From Cyclobacteriaceae bacterium (GTDB taxonomy: Bacteria > Bacteroidota > Bacteroidia > Cytophagales > JAAEPT01): a stretch of 32,945 nucleotides of DNA. The notes beneath the pieces were generated by a model. It ran no database searches, was not told the DNA's origin, and saw nothing but the letters and a program-made list of their open reading frames with translations. Location: the NCBI GenBank assembly GCA_045106295.1, contig JBGCEI010000005.1:1-32945 (forward strand). Direction: 5' to 3'. The position numbers and the translations under genes are program-made. How positions within the stretch are numbered: position 1 is the stretch's first letter; each line of letters begins with the position of its first letter. Below are positions 32,292 to 32,945 of this stretch, piece by piece.

Positions 32292-32945
32292 TTAAAGTTT
32301 GTGTCCACAATACTTACAATACTCAGCATCCTTATCATGTCCCTCTTCGCTACAGTTTTTACAAGATTGGGTACTGACAACTGTTTTTTTAATGATTTCA
32401 CCCGTTACTATTCCTGTAGGAACAGCAATAATAGCATAACCAGCAATCATAATAATGGAAGCTACCAGTTGTCCTAATGGAGTTACGGGAGAAATATCTC
32501 CGTAACCAACAGTAGTAAGTGTAACAATAGCCCAGTAAATACTATGTGGAATGCTATCGAAGCCAGAGTCGCTCTTTCCTTCTATTAAATACATAAGAGA
32601 CCCGAAAATGCTCACTAGAATGACGATGAAAATCATGAAGACAATAATCTTTGCTTTACTTGCCTTTAATGCAGACATAATTAGTTGTCCTTGAGATAAG
32701 AAATTAGCTAGCTTAAATATTCTGAATACACGTAGTAAACGCAATCCTCGGATAATCATTAATGATTGCCCACCAACTATAAAGAAAGACAATAGAGTAG
32801 GAAGGATGGATAGTAAGTCAACTATTCCAAAGAAGCTAGTCGCATATTTGATTGGTTTGTGAGTACAGTACAAGCGTAAAACATACTCTGCTAGAAAGAA
32901 AGCTGTAAAAATCCATTCCAAGTGAGTAAACCACGACCCAAAGAA
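32292..32945 (-). CDS. Voltage-gated-type K+ channel (ion transport protein), 5' end outside the window
   Basis: S4-like RGLRLLRVFRIFKLANF. Selectivity filter TTVGYGD. Cys-rich C-terminal tail CKNCSEEGHDKDAEYCKYCGHKL. The track start at 32921 is a TTG codon, and the frame stays open to the window edge (..FFGSWFTHLEWIF), so the gene is partial. Confidence 0.85.
   Translation of the reverse strand, partial: FFGSWFTHLEWIFTAFFLAEYVLRLYCTHKPIKYATSFFGIVDLLSILPTLLSFFIVGGQSLMIIRGLRLLRVFRIFKLANFLSQGQLIMSALKASKAKIIVFMIFIVILVSIFGSLMYLIEGKSDSGFDSIPHSIYWAIVTLTTVGYGDISPVTPLGQLVASIIMIAGYAIIAVPTGIVTGEIIKKTVVSTQSCKNCSEEGHDKDAEYCKYCGHKL

Noticed and set aside
32186-32377. Plus-strand 63-aa ORF spanning the heptamer tract and the K+ channel 3' end
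   Set aside because: Half of it is translation of the 7-nt repeat tract, and the other half is antisense to the channel's Cys-rich tail. It has no start context or motifs.
1-32945. Defence island, prophage, integrative element or secretion system
   Set aside because: No integrase, recombinase, intact transposase, nuclease/helicase/ATPase defence-type genes, phage structural genes or cas genes are visible in any frame. The only mobile-element traces are the short remnants at 3101-3515.

Overview
This is a low-GC chromosomal segment that looks Bacteroidota-like. That placement is an inference from the protein families, TTG/TAnnTTTG-type promoter boxes, and an ExbB-ExbD-ExbD cluster. Most of the window is housekeeping. 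On the minus strand: a DUF1684 protein, radC, rpsT, ribBA, purA, a RelA/SpoT homolog, hemB, an EamA transporter, a CrtI-family desaturase and a 5'-truncated Kv-type K+ channel. On the plus strand: PPK2, a complete Leloir galactose operon (galE, an aldose-epimerase-family gene, an SSS sugar symporter, galK, galT), ansA, tRNA-Ser(GGA), exbB/4TM/exbD/exbD, and a secreted hypothetical / J-like protein / MATE trio. I see no CRISPR array, integrase, prophage or recognisable defence system.

The most unusual signal is non-coding. At least five intergenic spacers (1-227, 874-915, 19001-19035, 22664-22871, 32141-32291) are built from tandem, progressively drifting 7-nt units. In three of them a single register runs across the entire spacer. 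They share exact 10-13-mers between loci, and three of them abut a start codon in a gene-relative orientation.

Secondary items:
- A propeller/Y_Y_Y sensor-type protein with no signalling output domain. It is start/stop-overlapped with a membrane GT2 synthase and with ribBA, directly behind the purA terminator.
- A decayed RelE/ParE-type toxin-antitoxin remnant, with a possible IS5-like fragment inside it.
- Two AT-rich orphan genes.
- A degenerate J-domain protein abutting a MATE pump.
- A C-terminal CxxC..CxxC tail on the K+ channel.

All calls come from reading the sequence and the ORF translations. No database search was run.
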